Notes: a model not told the origin generated them from the sequence alone. 64,000 bases of DNA from an uncultured Gammaproteobacteria bacterium (GCA_963741255.1 CAVUHM010000013.1:50584-114583); one strand, 5' to 3'; numbered from the stretch's first letter, positions 8,726 through 18,962 are shown. Translations and numbers: made by a program.

Positions 8726-11674
8726 ATGAGCGGGCGCAGCGATCGGATCCGTGAGTTGTACGAGGCGGCGCTGAAGCGGCCGATCGGAGAGCGGGCGGCG
8801 TTCGTCGCGGCGCAGACGAAAGACGATCGCGACTTGCGGCAGCGAGTCGAAGCGCTGCTCGCGGGGCAACACGACACGCAGATCGCGGGCTACGAATCGA
8901 GCGACGGCGACTCGGCGGTGCTCGCGACCGGCACGCGTGATCGGCCAGCTACCGGATCGACGGCCCGCTCGGCGCCGGCGGCATGGGCGTCGTGTACCGC
9001 GCGACGGACACGAAGCTGAACCGCCCGGCCGCGATCAAGGTGCTGCCCGAGAGTCTCGCGGACCCCGAAGCGCGGCGGCGCTTCCAGCGCGAAGCGCAGA
9101 TGGCGTCGTCGCTGAACCATCCGCACATCGTGACGGTGTACGACGCCGGCGAGTATCGCGAGCGGCAGTACCTGATCACCGAGTACGTGGACGGCGGCAC
9201 GTTGCGGCAGTGGGCGGGGCGGCCGCACGGCTGGCGGTCGATCGTCGAGCTCCTGATCGGCGTCGCGGACGCGGTCGCGGTCGGCGCACGAGGCCGGGAT
9301 CCTGCACCGCGACATCAAGCCGGAGAACATCCTGCTCGCGAAGAGCGGCTACGCGAAGCTGGCGGACTTCGGTCTTGCGAAGCTGCTGGAGACGGATCCG
9401 CTCGCGGACGATGCGTTCGCGGGAGTCAGGCTCGATCAACACAGCTCGCTGGTCGGCACGGCGGCGTACATGTCGCCGGAGCAGGCGCAGGGGCGGCCGC
9501 TGGATGCGCGCAGCGACGTGTACTCGTTCGGGTTGGTGCTGCACGAGCTGCTGTCGGGCGAGCGGCCATCGGCGACGCGCTCGCTGGAGCAGCGGCACGG
9601 AGCGGAGGCCGAGGCGCTCGCGCCGTTGCCGGCCGAGGTGCCGGCGGAGCTGCGCACGATCGTCGGCAAGGCGCTCGAGCCCGAGCCGGCCGATCGCTAT
9701 CAGACCATGCGCGAGCTCGTCGTCGATCTGCGCAGGCTCATGCGACGGTCCGGCATCGATGTCGATCCAGGCTCGTTGCCTGCCGACGGAGCCGTCGCGC
9801 TCGTGACCGCCGCTGCGGCGGCCGCGCGCGGCCACAGGAATCGGACGATCACGATCGTCGGTGTGCTTGGCGATGGCCGATGATCGCGGCCGGCGCGGGC
9901 TTCTATGCGCTTCGGCCGGCGCCGGTGAGCGCCATCGCCGTGCTGCCGTTCGAGAACGCGAGCGGTAACGACGACGACTCGCACATCAACGAAGGCCTCG
10001 GCACCGAGCTGCGCCGCCGGCTCATGGGGGTGCCGGGGTTGCGAGTGCAGGCGCGGTCGTCGTCTGTCAGCGTCGTCGAGCTCGGGCTCGACCCTCGTGC
10101 GATCGCGCAGCGACTCGATGTCGGCGTGACTCATCAACGGTTCACTGAGCCGGCGCGGCAACATGCTGAGCGTGCTCGTCGAAGCGTTCAACGCGGACGG
10201 TGAGCTTCTCGCGACCTGGAGCCACGACGGGGATGACGACGAGTTGCTGGCATTGGAGAACGAGATTGCGACGGACGTCTTGGCCTACTTCGCGCCGACC
10301 GCGGTCGCGACCGCGGTCGCGTCGACGCAGCAAAGCGAATCCGCACACGAGCTCGTGCTGCGCGGAACCGAGCTCGAGCAGCAAGTCCGGGACGATATCA
10401 CCGTCGATGAAGAGAAGCATCAAGCTGCGATCGATCTCTACCGGCGCGCGACGCTGGCAGATCCGAAGTCGATCGAGGCGCACAGCCGGCTCGCAGGCGC
10501 GCTCGTCTACATCGGTGACAGCGAGGCCGCAAGCTCGTCGTTGATCGCGGCGTTGGATCTGGTGAACTCCAATGTCCTAACGACGTCAGCGGAGCTCTCG
10601 GACCTGTACCTCACGTTTGCGCTCTATCTATTGCAGGTCGAGCGCCCCGGTATCGAGCAATGGTATCGGTCGGCGATTCAGGTGAATCCAAACAATGCCG
10701 ACGCGCAGGGGGCATTTGCGCAATGGCTCATGATTCACAATCAGTTCGCTGTTGCCGAGACGTATTTTGCTTACGCGCTCGAGCTCGACCCGGAGCGGTT
10801 GTCGCGCTACGTGGACTTCGCGTACTACTACACGATAGGGGAACGCATGGACCGCGCGCGCGAGCTCGGCGACGATATCCGCGAGCGGTTTCCGAACGCG
10901 CGCGGCGACTTGGCGTTGGCTCGGCTCTACGAAAACACCGGAGAGCTCGACATTGGCATCGCCTACGGTCTCAGGGCGTATCGAGCCGCACCGGAGGATC
11001 CCGACACCTTCGGCCAGGTGGCCGAATTGTACGCGCGGATCGGTCTATTCAATGAGGCCGAAGCATTCGACCCCGATTACGAGCTCAATCGGCTGTACTT
11101 TCGCGGTGAGTACCCACGTCTCGTCGACGCGGCCCAGGAGGCGATGATCGACCTTCCGTTTCAGGACAAGATTCGATTCATGCTCGCGTTCGCCTACAAC
11201 GCGGTCGACGATCCGCAGAACGCGATCTTTGTTCTAAAAACGGCCGGCATCCCGATCGAGCCTGGCTCGGAATTCCTGACCAGCGCCATCGACGAGGCCA
11301 TGACGACGTACATCGACGCGTTGCAGGCGGTCGACGCGAACAGCGCAGAGGCGCGCGAGCTCGCGACGAAAAAGGCAGGGGCCCTCGACCCCAGCCTCGA
11401 CCGATCGTGGTGGGTGCTGTCGTACCACAGCTGCACACAGGCCCAGCTCGGGAATCTCGACGAATCGCTCACACTGTTCGAGAGGATCAAAGAGAGCGAG
11501 GGGCTCGCCATATCCCCGTTTCTTCGGGACGCATTATGCTTTCGCCGGCTTGCCGCCAACCCGCGTTACGAAGCCGTACTCGATCACCTCGAGGAGCGCC
11601 AAGCGGGATTCCGTGCGAAATTGCCCGCGACGTTACAGGAATACGGCGTCGCCGACGTGCGACCCGCAAGATAG
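8726..11674 (+). CDS. Membrane Hanks-type Ser/Thr kinase with TolB-like and TPR domains (split by several indels)
   Basis: LGAGGMGVVY, AIKVL, HRDIKPENIL, DFG and GTAAYMSPE across frames; hydrophobic segment about 9850-9910; SAIAVLPFEN...GLRVQARSSS; TPR helices in ORF 10163-11674. Confidence 0.85.
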
Positions 11675-11691
11675 CGCGGAGAGCGGCGCCG

Positions 11692-12177
11692 TTATCCCGC
11701 TCGCAGCGTGCGGTGAATCACGCGCAGGAACTCCGTGAAGTCGTCGGCGCACGAAACGACGCGTTCGTAGGTCGCAGCCGCGACCTCCTTCTGGCCTTCG
11801 TCGGTCGCTATCGGCACATACTTCGTCGCGGTGCTAGCGATCTCCGCCGTCACGACTTCGCGGTCGTTGTACGCCGCTAAGACGACGTCGTATTTCGCTT
11901 CTGCAACTCGTCGCTGATCAGGTTCGCCGACTCGACGACACGCACGTGTGTGACCCGCGGCTTCGAGTCGCTCCGCAAGCGCTATCGCTTCGACATACAG
12001 CACGTTCGTTTCGATGCTCGGCACGACGAACAGCACGTTGCCGGGAAGCGGTGCTGTCTGCGCGCGATGCACGCCGCCGGCTCGGAATGGACTTTCGCCG
12101 CACGCGTGCGCGTCGAGCGCAACGAGTGAGAGAGGGAGGACGGCGCCGAACATCGACACGATTACCGCGACACGCAT
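11692..12177 (-). CDS. Secreted receiver-like (CheY-like) hypothetical protein, paralog A
   Basis: SD GAGGAG, ATG 12177; signal peptide ending AHA-CGES; NVLFVVPS...ERLEAAGH...KYDVVLAAYND; compensating indels about 11890-11945. Confidence 0.7.
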   Translation of the reverse strand: MRVAVIVSMFGAVLPLSLVALDAHACGESPFRAGGVHRAQTAPLPGNVLFVVPSIETNVLYVEAIALAERLEAAGHTRACRRVGEPDQRRVAEAKYDVVLAAYNDREVVTAEIASTATKYVPIATDEGQKEVAAATYERVVSCADDFTEFLRVIHRTLRAG

Positions 12178-12206
12178 CGTTCTCTCTCCTCTCGACGCAC
12201 GCCGGG

Positions 12207-12288
12207 ACACTAGCACGGCGAAGATTGGGCACGAGCGCCGACTACTGAATTTCCCGCGAAATCCCCGCCTTTTCCCCTGAGAATCCCC
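12207..12288 (-). promoter_or_regulatory. Putative activator-dependent promoter (extended -10 TGcTAGTGT plus four phased GGGA repeats)
   Basis: + strand ACACTAGCA at 12207-12215; TCCC cores at 12252, 12262, 12273, 12284. Confidence 0.65.
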
Positions 12289-12391
12289 TGTTAGTAGCCG
12301 GAGTGCGACCCTTATTGAGGCCGCACGCGGTCGGTGCCGCGTGCTTGGAGCGACGGCAGGGTCGCGGGTGTGTGGCCGAAGGGGCCGTGAG

Positions 12392-13348
12392 CTAGAACGG
12401 GCGTGAGAACGACACGCTCAACGCGTCGCGGAGCTCGAACACGTCCTCGGCCTGCACCATGCGGAGAACGGTGAAATTGATGACGTTTCGCTCGCCGAGC
12501 GACCAATCCACGCCGACGCCCATCGATCTTGTAGTTGTGCCGGATGATCTGGTCGTGGCGGTACCAGAGTTCGGATGCGAGTCCGGAGTTCTGCGGCGGT
12601 GAGATGCCGTCGCCGTTCTTCGAGGTGAGGAACACGTTCAGCGCAATGCGATCGTTGAAGAAGCGCACGGCGTCTGCGGTGACGCGCACCGCATCCGTGT
12701 CGACACCGAGCACGGAATCGGTCAACACGTAACCGGCTCGCAACGAGAAGAACCAGGGCAGGAACGGCGGGCGATATGCGAACGTCGAGCCGTACTCCAG
12801 CGTCTGCAGATTGCGCCCGACCGCGGAGGCTGCGAAGAACGGATAGTCGCTCGCCGGTATGCCATATTCGAGATAGGGCTCGACGATCACCTGCTGGTCG
12901 ACCAGGAGATAGCTTGCACCGAGACGCAGATCCTGGAAGAAGCCATGAAAGTGTCCGTCGTCGACGAACTCCGAGTCGTATTGCGGCGGCACGATGTTCA
13001 GCGGATTGTGCGACGGTCCGCCCTTCCACTCGCGGCTGATAAAAGGAAGGCCAGCGTTGACGGTCCAGCGGTCTTTGATTCGGTAGCTGACGGCGAAGTC
13101 GATCAGATGCGTCGTGATCGGTGCGGAGTTGATGACGTAGCCTTCACCCGTCAGGTTCTGCGCCTTCTGGTACTGATACGTGAAGGCCATCTGCCCGCGG
13201 GGCGCGGACGCTTGCAGCTCCTGCGCGTTCTGCGCGCGCGGTGCCGTCGTTTCGAACTCCTGCGCGTGCGCCGGCAGGAGCGGCCACGTCGACGCGCGGC
13301 CACGACGGCAACTGCGTGGAATACTGGTTTCGCCGCGAAGCGACGCAC
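12392..13348 (-). CDS. Putative outer-membrane beta-barrel protein with His/Asp-rich loops (indels near both ends)
   Basis: Signal peptide ending PAHA-QE; amphipathic strands (IDFAVSYRI, WFFSLRAGY, IALNVFL); frame-corrected C-terminus LSVSFSRPF* ending in Phe. Confidence 0.65.
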
Positions 13349-13365
13349 GGACGGGACTCTCTGAG

Positions 13366-13840
13366 CTACGAGGAAGCTTTCAGCGTGCGATGAATCACGC
13401 GCAGGAACTGCGTGAAGTCATCGTCGCGCGAGAGATAGCGCTCGTACGACTGCGCGGCGAGATCCTTCTGACCTTCCTCGGTCGCGACGGGCACGTACTT
13501 TGCGGTAGCGCCGGCGGTCTGCGCCGCGACGAGCTCACGATCGTTGTACGACGCCAGCACGATGTCGTACTTGCCGTTCTTCAATTCGTCGCTGATCAGA
13601 TTCGCGGTCTCGACGATGTGAACGTTGTGACCCGCGGCCGCGAGTCGATCCGCGAGCGCTCGTGCTTCTTCGCTCGGTGCAACGAGCAATACGTTGCCGG
13701 GAAGCGGCGCGGTCTGTGCGCGATACGCAGCACCGCGACCGACGCGGAACAAGCTCTCGCCGCACGCGTTGCGCATCGAACGTGACGAGCGAGCAGGAAG
13801 CGACGGCCCCGACCACCGAAACGATCACCGGGATACGCAT
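13366..13840 (-). CDS. Secreted receiver-like hypothetical protein, paralog B (indel near 13772)
   Basis: ATG 13840 with GGAG SD; ACGESLFRVGRG...PGNVLLVAPS...GHNVHIVE...KYDIVLASYND; clear DNA and protein similarity to 11692-12177. Confidence 0.72.
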
Positions 13841-13874
13841 GTTTTTCTCCATCCCAGCCCCGACTCCGTAGCCG

Positions 13875-13946
13875 AATCTAGCACAGCCTGTTGCCAATTA
13901 CGGATGGGCCAAGCCCATTCCCCCGGATTTCCCCCTGTTTTCCCCC
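13875..13946 (-). promoter_or_regulatory. Putative activator-dependent promoter (extended -10 TGcTAGATT plus three phased GGGGA repeats)
   Basis: + strand AATCTAGCA at 13875-13883; TCCC cores at 13919, 13930, 13941. Confidence 0.65.
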
Positions 13947-14064
13947 GGAAACCTCCGGCCGTAAACTGGACCGAGGAGTCAGAAAAACGGCCTCGGCATC
14001 ACCCTCGAGCTCTGCAGCTCGCTCGGCGCCGCGCGAGCGGTTCATGGTAGAACAGGAACGGAAT

Positions 14065-15010
14065 ATGTCGCACCCAGTGTTGCTGATCGCCGGGCCGGAG
14101 CTCGCCACGTACGGCTTTCCGCACGGCCATCCGTTCGGGCCGGACCGCTACGCCGCGTTCATGACCGAGCTCGAACGCTCCGAGTGTCGCGCCGACGCTC
14201 GAGCGCAAGCCGCCGCGGCTGGCCACTCGCGAGGAGCTGCTGCACTTTCACACGCCGGCGTACGTCGAGCGCGTCGCGGAGCTCTCCGAACGCGGCAGCG
14301 GGCTGCTCGATGCCGGCGATACGCCGGCGTTCCCCGGCGTGTACGAAGCGGCCGCGCACGTCGTCGGCGGCACGCTCGAGGCGCTCGCGGCGATTGTCGC
14401 GGGACCTACGCGCCGCGCATTCATCCCGATCGGCGGGCTGCATCACGCGACACGCGACAGCGCCGCGGGGTTCTGCGTGTTCAACGATTGCGGAGTCGCG
14501 ATCGAGGTGGCGCGGCGCTTGCACGGCATCCGTCGCGTCGCGTACGTCGACATCGACGCGCATCATGGCGACGGCGTGTTCTACGGCTTCGAGCAGGATC
14601 CGGATCTGCTGTTCGCCGACATGCACGAGGACGGTCGATTTCTGTATCCCGGTACCGGCAGCCGCAGCGAGACCGGCCGCGGGCCGGCCGTCGGAACGAA
14701 GCTGAACATCCCGTTGCCGCCCGGCGCCGACGACACGGCGTTCCACGCGGCATGGGACGAGATCGAAGCGTATCTCGACGCGGCCAAGCCGGAGCTGATC
14801 CTGCTCCAATGCGGCGCCGACTCGCTGGCCGGCGACCCGATCACGCACTTGCGCCTGACGGCCGAAGCGCACGCGCACGCGGCTCGCCGCCTCGGCGTGC
14901 TCGCCGACCGCTACGCGAACGGCCGCGTGCTCGGCATGGGCGGCGGCGGCTACAACCGCGCGAACCTCGCGCGCGCCTGGACGCGCGTCGTCGAAGAGCT
15001 CGCCGGGTAA
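14065..15010 (+). CDS. Zn-dependent deacetylase, HDAC/AcuC family (indel near 14200)
   Basis: [51 protein letters not shown] motifs. Confidence 0.9.
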
Positions 15011-15014
15011 CGCC

Positions 15015-15527
15015 GTGCATTGCCCCTTCTGCAACTTCGAAGACACCAAAGTCATCGACTCGCGCTTGGCGGGCGAGGGTCGTCAGGTTCGCCGTCGCCG
15101 CGAATGCCTGTCGTGCGGCGAACGCTTCACCACCTTCGAAGGCCCCGAGCTCGTGATGCCGTACGTCGTCAAACGCGACGATCGCCGCGAGCCGTTCGAC
15201 GTGAACAAGCTCCGCGGCGGCTTCCTGCACGCGTTGCAGAAACGCCCCGTCCAGACTGAGGACATCGAACGCAGCATCGAGCACATCGAGCACGCGCTAC
15301 AGACGTTCGGCGAGCGCGAGGTGTCGAGCCGCTTGATCGGCGACCTCGTGATGGAGGAGCTGCGGCGTCTCGACGAGGTCGCATACGTGCGGTTCGCGTC
15401 CGTGTATCGCAGCTTCCAAGACGTCACGGAGTTTCAGCAGGAGATCGAGCGCCTGCAGTCCCTGCCGAGCTTGCTCGAGAGCCGCGAGCAGATGTCGCTG
15501 CTGCCGGACGAGACCCGTAAGAAGTGA
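15015..15527 (+). CDS. nrdR: Transcriptional repressor NrdR
   Basis: MHCPFC...DSR...[20 protein letters not shown] cone, [13 protein letters not shown]. Confidence 0.97.
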   Translation: MHCPFCNFEDTKVIDSRLAGEGRQVRRRRECLSCGERFTTFEGPELVMPYVVKRDDRREPFDVNKLRGGFLHALQKRPVQTEDIERSIEHIEHALQTFGEREVSSRLIGDLVMEELRRLDEVAYVRFASVYRSFQDVTEFQQEIERLQSLPSLLESREQMSLLPDETRKK

Positions 15528-15548
15528 AACAGCCACGGTAACAACGTC

Positions 15549-16676
15549 ATGGCCGACGCGATCGATCACGAGCACATGGCCGCCGCGCTGCACCTCGCCG
15601 CGAACGGCCTGTACGACACGAAGCCGAATCCGGCGGTCGGCTGCGTGCTCGTCAAAGACGGGCGCGTCGTCGGCACGGGTTGGACGGCGCCGGCCGGCGG
15701 GCCGCATGCGGAGCGCGTGGCGCTCGCCGCGGCCGGAGCGGCGGCTCGCGGCGCCACCGCTTACGTGACGCTCGAGCCGTGCTGCCACACCGGCCGCACG
15801 GGTCCGTGCTCGAAGGCGCTGATCGAGGCCGGCGTCGCGCGCGTCGTGTTCGCCGCGCACGATCCGAATCCCAGAGTCGACGGCGGCGGCGCGAGGGAGC
15901 TCGCGGCTGCGGGTATCGAGGTCGAGGGTGGCGTCATGGAGGACGCCGCGGAACCGTTGAATCGCGGCTTCTTCGCGCGGATGCGGCGCGGCCTGCCGTG
16001 GGTCCGCAGCAAGCTCGCGGTCAGTCTCGACGGCCGCACCGCGCTCGCGAACGGCGAAAGCCAATGGATCACGAGCTCGAGCGCGCGCGCGGACGTTCAT
16101 CGCTGGCGTGCACGCTCGAGCGCGGTGCTGACCGGAAGCGGCACGATCGTCGACGACGATCCGTCGCTCGATGCTCGCCGCGAAGAAGCCGGCATCGCGG
16201 CCGAGCTCGGCATCAAGCAGCCGTTGCGCGTGATCATCGACGCGGTGTTGAAGACGCCGCCGACCGCCAAGACGTTGTCGTTGCCGGGTGAGGTGATCGT
16301 GCTCACGACTCGGGATCTCGACTATCCGAAAGCGCGTGCGCTGACCGCAGCCGGTGCGCGTGTCGAAACGGTGAAGGGCAATGCCGAACACTGCGACTTG
16401 CACGCCGTGCTCGAGCGGTTGGCGGAGCTCGAGGTCAACGACGTGTGGGTCGAAGCGGGCGCGGGCTTGAACGGCGCATTGCTCGAAGCGGGCTTGATCG
16501 ACGAACTCATTATCTATATGGCACCGCGCTTGCTCGGCGATTCGGCGCGCGGAATGTTCACGTTGCCGGCCTTGGAGTCCCTGGCGGAGAGCCGGAACGT
16601 CGTGTTCGAGGATTTTTGCAAGGTGGGCGCCGACTTGCGGATCACGGCTCGGGTCAGTAGGGTGGCGGGCGCCTAG
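15549..16676 (+). CDS. ribD: Bifunctional pyrimidine deaminase/reductase RibD
   Basis: NPAVGCV, HAE, TLEPCCHTGRTGPC, SLDGRTA, WVEAG. Confidence 0.96.
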   Translation: MADAIDHEHMAAALHLAANGLYDTKPNPAVGCVLVKDGRVVGTGWTAPAGGPHAERVALAAAGAAARGATAYVTLEPCCHTGRTGPCSKALIEAGVARVVFAAHDPNPRVDGGGARELAAAGIEVEGGVMEDAAEPLNRGFFARMRRGLPWVRSKLAVSLDGRTALANGESQWITSSSARADVHRWRARSSAVLTGSGTIVDDDPSLDARREEAGIAAELGIKQPLRVIIDAVLKTPPTAKTLSLPGEVIVLTTRDLDYPKARALTAAGARVETVKGNAEHCDLHAVLERLAELEVNDVWVEAGAGLNGALLEAGLIDELIIYMAPRLLGDSARGMFTLPALESLAESRNVVFEDFCKVGADLRITARVSRVAGA

Positions 16677-16693
16677 GCCTCGCGGGGTAACGC

Positions 16694-17338
16694 GTGTTCT
16701 CAGGGTTGGTGAAAGGCGTCGGACGCGTGGCTACTCGCACCGATTCCGGTGGCGACCGCCGCTTCTCGATCGAGCTTGGCACCGCCGCGATCCCGCCGCT
16801 TGCCCTGGGCGGCAGCATTGCGGTCAACGGCGTCTGTCTCACGGCCGTCGCCGTGACGCCGCAAGGCTTCACGGCGGACGTGTCCGCGGAGACGCTGGCC
16901 GTCACGACCTTCGATAGCTTGCGTCCCGGCTCGCGCGTGAATCTCGAGCCGCCCCTCAAAGCCGGAGATCCGCTCGACGGCCATCTCGTGACCGGCCACG
17001 TCGATGGTGTCGGTAAGGTCGTCGAGATCGTACCGGTCGGCGGCTCGCAGCGACTCGTGATCGGCGTGCCCGCGGCGTTGTCGCGGTACATTGCCGCAAA
17101 GGGCTCCGTTGCCGTCGACGGCGTCAGTCTGACCGTGAATGCAGTTCGCGGCGCCGAGCTCGAGGTCAACGTGATCCCTCATACGCAAGCCGTTACCGTT
17201 ATCGGCGAGTACCGCGCCGGCACCGCTGTTAATATTGAGGTCGACATGTTGGCCCGCTATCTCGAGCGGCTCGTGCAAGCGGGCACGGAAAGCGGTCTCG
17301 ATCTCGCCACGCTGAGGAAACATGGCTACGCACGCTAG
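16694..17338 (+). CDS. ribE: Riboflavin synthase (alpha chain; ribC in E. coli nomenclature)
   Basis: MFSGLV, SIAVNGVCLT, GHLVTGHVDG, KGSVAVDGVSLTVN. Confidence 0.95.
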   Translation: MFSGLVKGVGRVATRTDSGGDRRFSIELGTAAIPPLALGGSIAVNGVCLTAVAVTPQGFTADVSAETLAVTTFDSLRPGSRVNLEPPLKAGDPLDGHLVTGHVDGVGKVVEIVPVGGSQRLVIGVPAALSRYIAAKGSVAVDGVSLTVNAVRGAELEVNVIPHTQAVTVIGEYRAGTAVNIEVDMLARYLERLVQAGTESGLDLATLRKHGYAR

Positions 17339-18488
17339 CACCGATAGCGCATTCGGCCTCGACACGATCGAGGACATCGTCGCGGCGATTCGCAACGGCC
17401 AAATGGTCGTGATCCTCGACGACGAGGATCGCGAGAACGAGGGCGACCTCGTGATGGCCGCGACGAAGGTTCGTGCCGAGGACGTCAACTTCATGGCGAA
17501 GTACGGCCGCGGCCTGATCTGCCTCACGTTGACACGCGAGCGCTGCGAGCAGCTGCGCCTGCCGTTGATGGTCAGCAACACGGACGTGCGACAGACCACG
17601 AACTTCACGATCTCGATCGAAGCGGCCGAAGGCGTGACGACGGGCATCTCGGCGCACGACCGCGCGCGAACGATTCAGGCCGCGGTCGAGGCAAATGCCT
17701 CGCCGAGAGACCTGCGGCAGCCGGGGCACATCTTTCCGTTGATGGCGCAACCCGGCGGGGTGCTGACGCGCGCGGGGCACACGGAAGCAGGCTGCGACCT
17801 AGCGCGGCTCGCCGGCGTCGAGCCCGCCGCCGTGATCGTCGAGATATTGAACGAGGACGGCGCGATGGCGCGGCGCGACGACTTGCTGCGGTTCGCGCGC
17901 CGGCACGACCTTCGCATCGGCACGATCGCCGACCTCATCGAATACCGGCTGCGCACCGAGCAATCCGTGGAAGTCATCAGCGAAGCCGACGTCGCGACCG
18001 AGTTCGGCGCGTTTAAGCTCGTGTGCTTCGAGGATCATGTGAATCGCGCAGTGCACTTGGCGCTCGTGCGCGGAAAGCTCGATTCCAAGACTCCGACGCT
18101 CGTCCGCGTGCACCGGCAGGACACGTTGAGCGACGTGCTCGGGCTCGCGGCGCCCACGCTGCACCGGCCACTCCGCGATGCGTTGCGCTTGATCGCGGAG
18201 CAGGGTCACGGCGTGGCAGTGATATTGCGGCCCGAGGAATCCGCCCGCGATCTCGTGCGTTCCGTGCAGTCGCTGTCGCAGCCGTCGGAGCCCGAGGTCG
18301 GCGTGTTGCGCGGGCGCAGCATGGATTTCCGCACGTTCGGAATCGGCGCGCAGATCCTGCGCGCCCTCGGCGTACGGCGCATGCGCGTGATCGGTGCGCC
18401 GAAACAGCTGCACGCGCTCTCAGGGTTCGGCCTCGAGGTCGTCGATTACGTCTCGGACGCCGGCGAACGGGAAGACGCGCATGGATGA
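17322..18488 (+). CDS. ribB: DHBP synthase fused to a degenerate GTP cyclohydrolase II-like domain (RibBX type)
   Basis: [10 protein letters not shown] and RAGHTEA in the RibB domain; C-terminal domain reads [15 protein letters not shown] and lacks the Zn-binding cysteines. Confidence 0.92.
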   Translation: MATHASTDSAFGLDTIEDIVAAIRNGQMVVILDDEDRENEGDLVMAATKVRAEDVNFMAKYGRGLICLTLTRERCEQLRLPLMVSNTDVRQTTNFTISIEAAEGVTTGISAHDRARTIQAAVEANASPRDLRQPGHIFPLMAQPGGVLTRAGHTEAGCDLARLAGVEPAAVIVEILNEDGAMARRDDLLRFARRHDLRIGTIADLIEYRLRTEQSVEVISEADVATEFGAFKLVCFEDHVNRAVHLALVRGKLDSKTPTLVRVHRQDTLSDVLGLAAPTLHRPLRDALRLIAEQGHGVAVILRPEESARDLVRSVQSLSQPSEPEVGVLRGRSMDFRTFGIGAQILRALGVRRMRVIGAPKQLHALSGFGLEVVDYVSDAGEREDAHG

Positions 18489-18960
18489 CCGGATCAAGAC
18501 CCTGGAAGGCGACTTCAATGCGCGGGGCCTACGTTTCGGCATCGTCGCGTCGCGCTTCAACGATTTCATCGTCGATCGGTTGCTCGACGCGGCCGTCGGC
18601 ACGTTGTTGAAGCACGGCGTCGCTCACAGCGACATCGAGGTCGTGCGTGTACCGGGCGCGTTCGAGACGCCGCTCGCGATCAAGAAGCTGGCCGCGAGCC
18701 GGCGGTATCAGGCCTTGATTGCGTTGGGCTGCGTGATACGCGGCGCTACGCCCCATTTCGACTACGTGGCCGGCGAAGCCAGCCGCGGCATTTCTCAAGT
18801 GAGCTTGGCGGAAGAAATTCCGATCGGATTCGGCATCCTGACCGTCGATACGATCGAGCAGGCCATCGAGCGAGCCGGAACGAAAGCGGGAAACAAAGGC
18901 GCCGACGCTGCGCTTGCGGCGATTCAAATGGCCACCGTGCTGCGCCAGCTGGAGCAGTAG
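18481..18960 (+). CDS. ribH: 6,7-dimethyl-8-ribityllumazine synthase
   Basis: [35 protein letters not shown]. Confidence 0.97.
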   Translation: MDDRIKTLEGDFNARGLRFGIVASRFNDFIVDRLLDAAVGTLLKHGVAHSDIEVVRVPGAFETPLAIKKLAASRRYQALIALGCVIRGATPHFDYVAGEASRGISQVSLAEEIPIGFGILTVDTIEQAIERAGTKAGNKGADAALAAIQMATVLRQLEQ

Positions 18961-18962
18961 TT

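Noticed and set aside
13495-13525. TAGAT in paralog B as an ApbE flavinylation site
   Set aside because: It lacks the D-x2-[ST]-GA-[ST] consensus and is not conserved in paralog A (ASTAT).
8599-13946. Phased TCCC repeats as a CRISPR array or iterons
   Set aside because: Units are only about 11 bp with 3-4 copies, and there are no spacers, cas or rep genes. Their position relative to -10 elements fits operator sites.
13950-15548. FMN riboswitch controlling the rib operon
   Set aside because: Gaps before nrdR and ribD are only 4 and 21 bp, and no RFN consensus is visible upstream of the deacetylase gene.
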